DNA of 64,000 bases from Eledone cirrhosa (lineage: Eukaryota), in NCBI GenBank assembly GCA_964016885.1, contig OZ024743.1, positions 339,884,001 to 339,948,000 of the forward strand. Direction: 5' to 3'. This document shows, in pieces, positions 63,220 to 64,000 of the stretch. The notes under the pieces were generated by a model. It worked only from the letters and a program-made list of their open reading frames with translations. It was not told the DNA's origin and did not search any database. A program made the position numbers and the translations under genes. How positions within the stretch are numbered: the stretch's first letter is position 1; each line of letters opens with the position of its first letter.

Positions 63220-63758
63220 AGACTTGCTGTCCATCCTGTCGAAAACCCTTGCTTTTGTCCAAAAATAATATTGATGTATTACCACGAAATTTAGCTTTGG
63301 AAAATATAGTGATTCGGTTTCAAGAAATCTGTAGCGATTCTTTAATAAAGGGCAAAAACCAAAATTTATCTTCAAAATCACAGTTTCTTTTGAATAGAGA
63401 AGATTTGAATGTTCCAGGAATTTCAGAAGAATCTAAAGAGTTTTGTGAATTATGTGAAGGAAAATTTTGTGCCAAGGCTGAATGGTTCTGCCAACAATGT
63501 ACTGTGCTTTATTGTCAGGATTGTCTGGACAAATTTCATCCCCGCAGGGGATCACTGAGTCATCATCGAATTTGTAAAGCTTTTCAAAGTGCAATAGAAA
63601 ATAAGCCAATATTTTGTGGTGATCATAAGTCTGAGGTGACAAGTGTATTTTGTGACTCTTGCAAGATTTTAGCATGTCCTCTTTGTGTTTGTGATGGCAT
63701 TGGCAGACATTCTGGACATAAGATACTCACGAAAGATATGGCTTCAGAACAGATAAAG
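63220..63758 (+). CDS. TRIM E3 ligase exon: RING end, B-box1, B-box2 (gene continues past the window)
   Basis: tttgcag| ETCCPSCR...LPRNLALENIVIRFQ...CELCE...CQQC..LYCQDCLDKFHPRRGSLSHH...CGDH...FCDSC...CPLC...GRHSGH...QIK |gtaagt; phase matches the RING exon. Confidence 0.94.
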
Positions 63759-64000
63759 GTAAGTATTTAATAAATTTTGAACAGAAAATTGTGTAATAAA
63801 ATTCTTTGTAGTTTTAGCAGCCATTACTGCGAAGGCTTTGTGGTTAGGGTATTTGGCTTACAATAGTAAAGTTGTGAGATCAATTCCCAGCAACACGCTG
63901 TGTCCTTCAGCAAGACACTTTATTTCATGTTGCTTTTGTCCACTCAGCTGGCAAAAATGAGTTGTACCTGTAATTTGAATGGCCAGCCTTGTCACATTTT

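Noticed and set aside
53832-63758. Assigning the symbol TRIM9
   Set aside because: The domain order fits class C-I, but the visible sequence cannot separate TRIM9/67, TRIM36/46 and MID1/2, and the C-terminal domains are outside the window.

Overview
AT-rich eukaryotic (animal) genomic DNA with many transposons. The SINE/LINE repertoire resembles coleoid cephalopods (octopus), an inference not checked by search. Two + strand protein-coding genes are supported. (1) A complete eIF4B gene: 16 coding exons, 1906-28416, 1866 nt CDS / 621 aa by my manual exon assembly. It has a GC-AG second intron and a 26-nt micro-exon. (2) The 5' part of a class C-I-like TRIM E3 ligase (RING, B-box1, B-box2): coding exons at 53832-53964 and 63220-63758, continuing past the window end. 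Introns and the intergenic region contain a Tc1/mariner element, two decayed piggyBac elements and their MITEs, a Helitron, a hAT MITE, Penelope remnants, several SINE families and three RTE LINE families. The most notable object is a near-intact ~4.3 kb RTE LINE inside the RING-splitting intron. It carries a C4HC3 PHD finger inserted within its reverse transcriptase and a triplicated 112-bp 3' UTR unit. There are no prokaryotic features or CRISPR arrays. All coordinates were read by eye, and repeat boundaries are approximate unless TIRs or TSDs are quoted.
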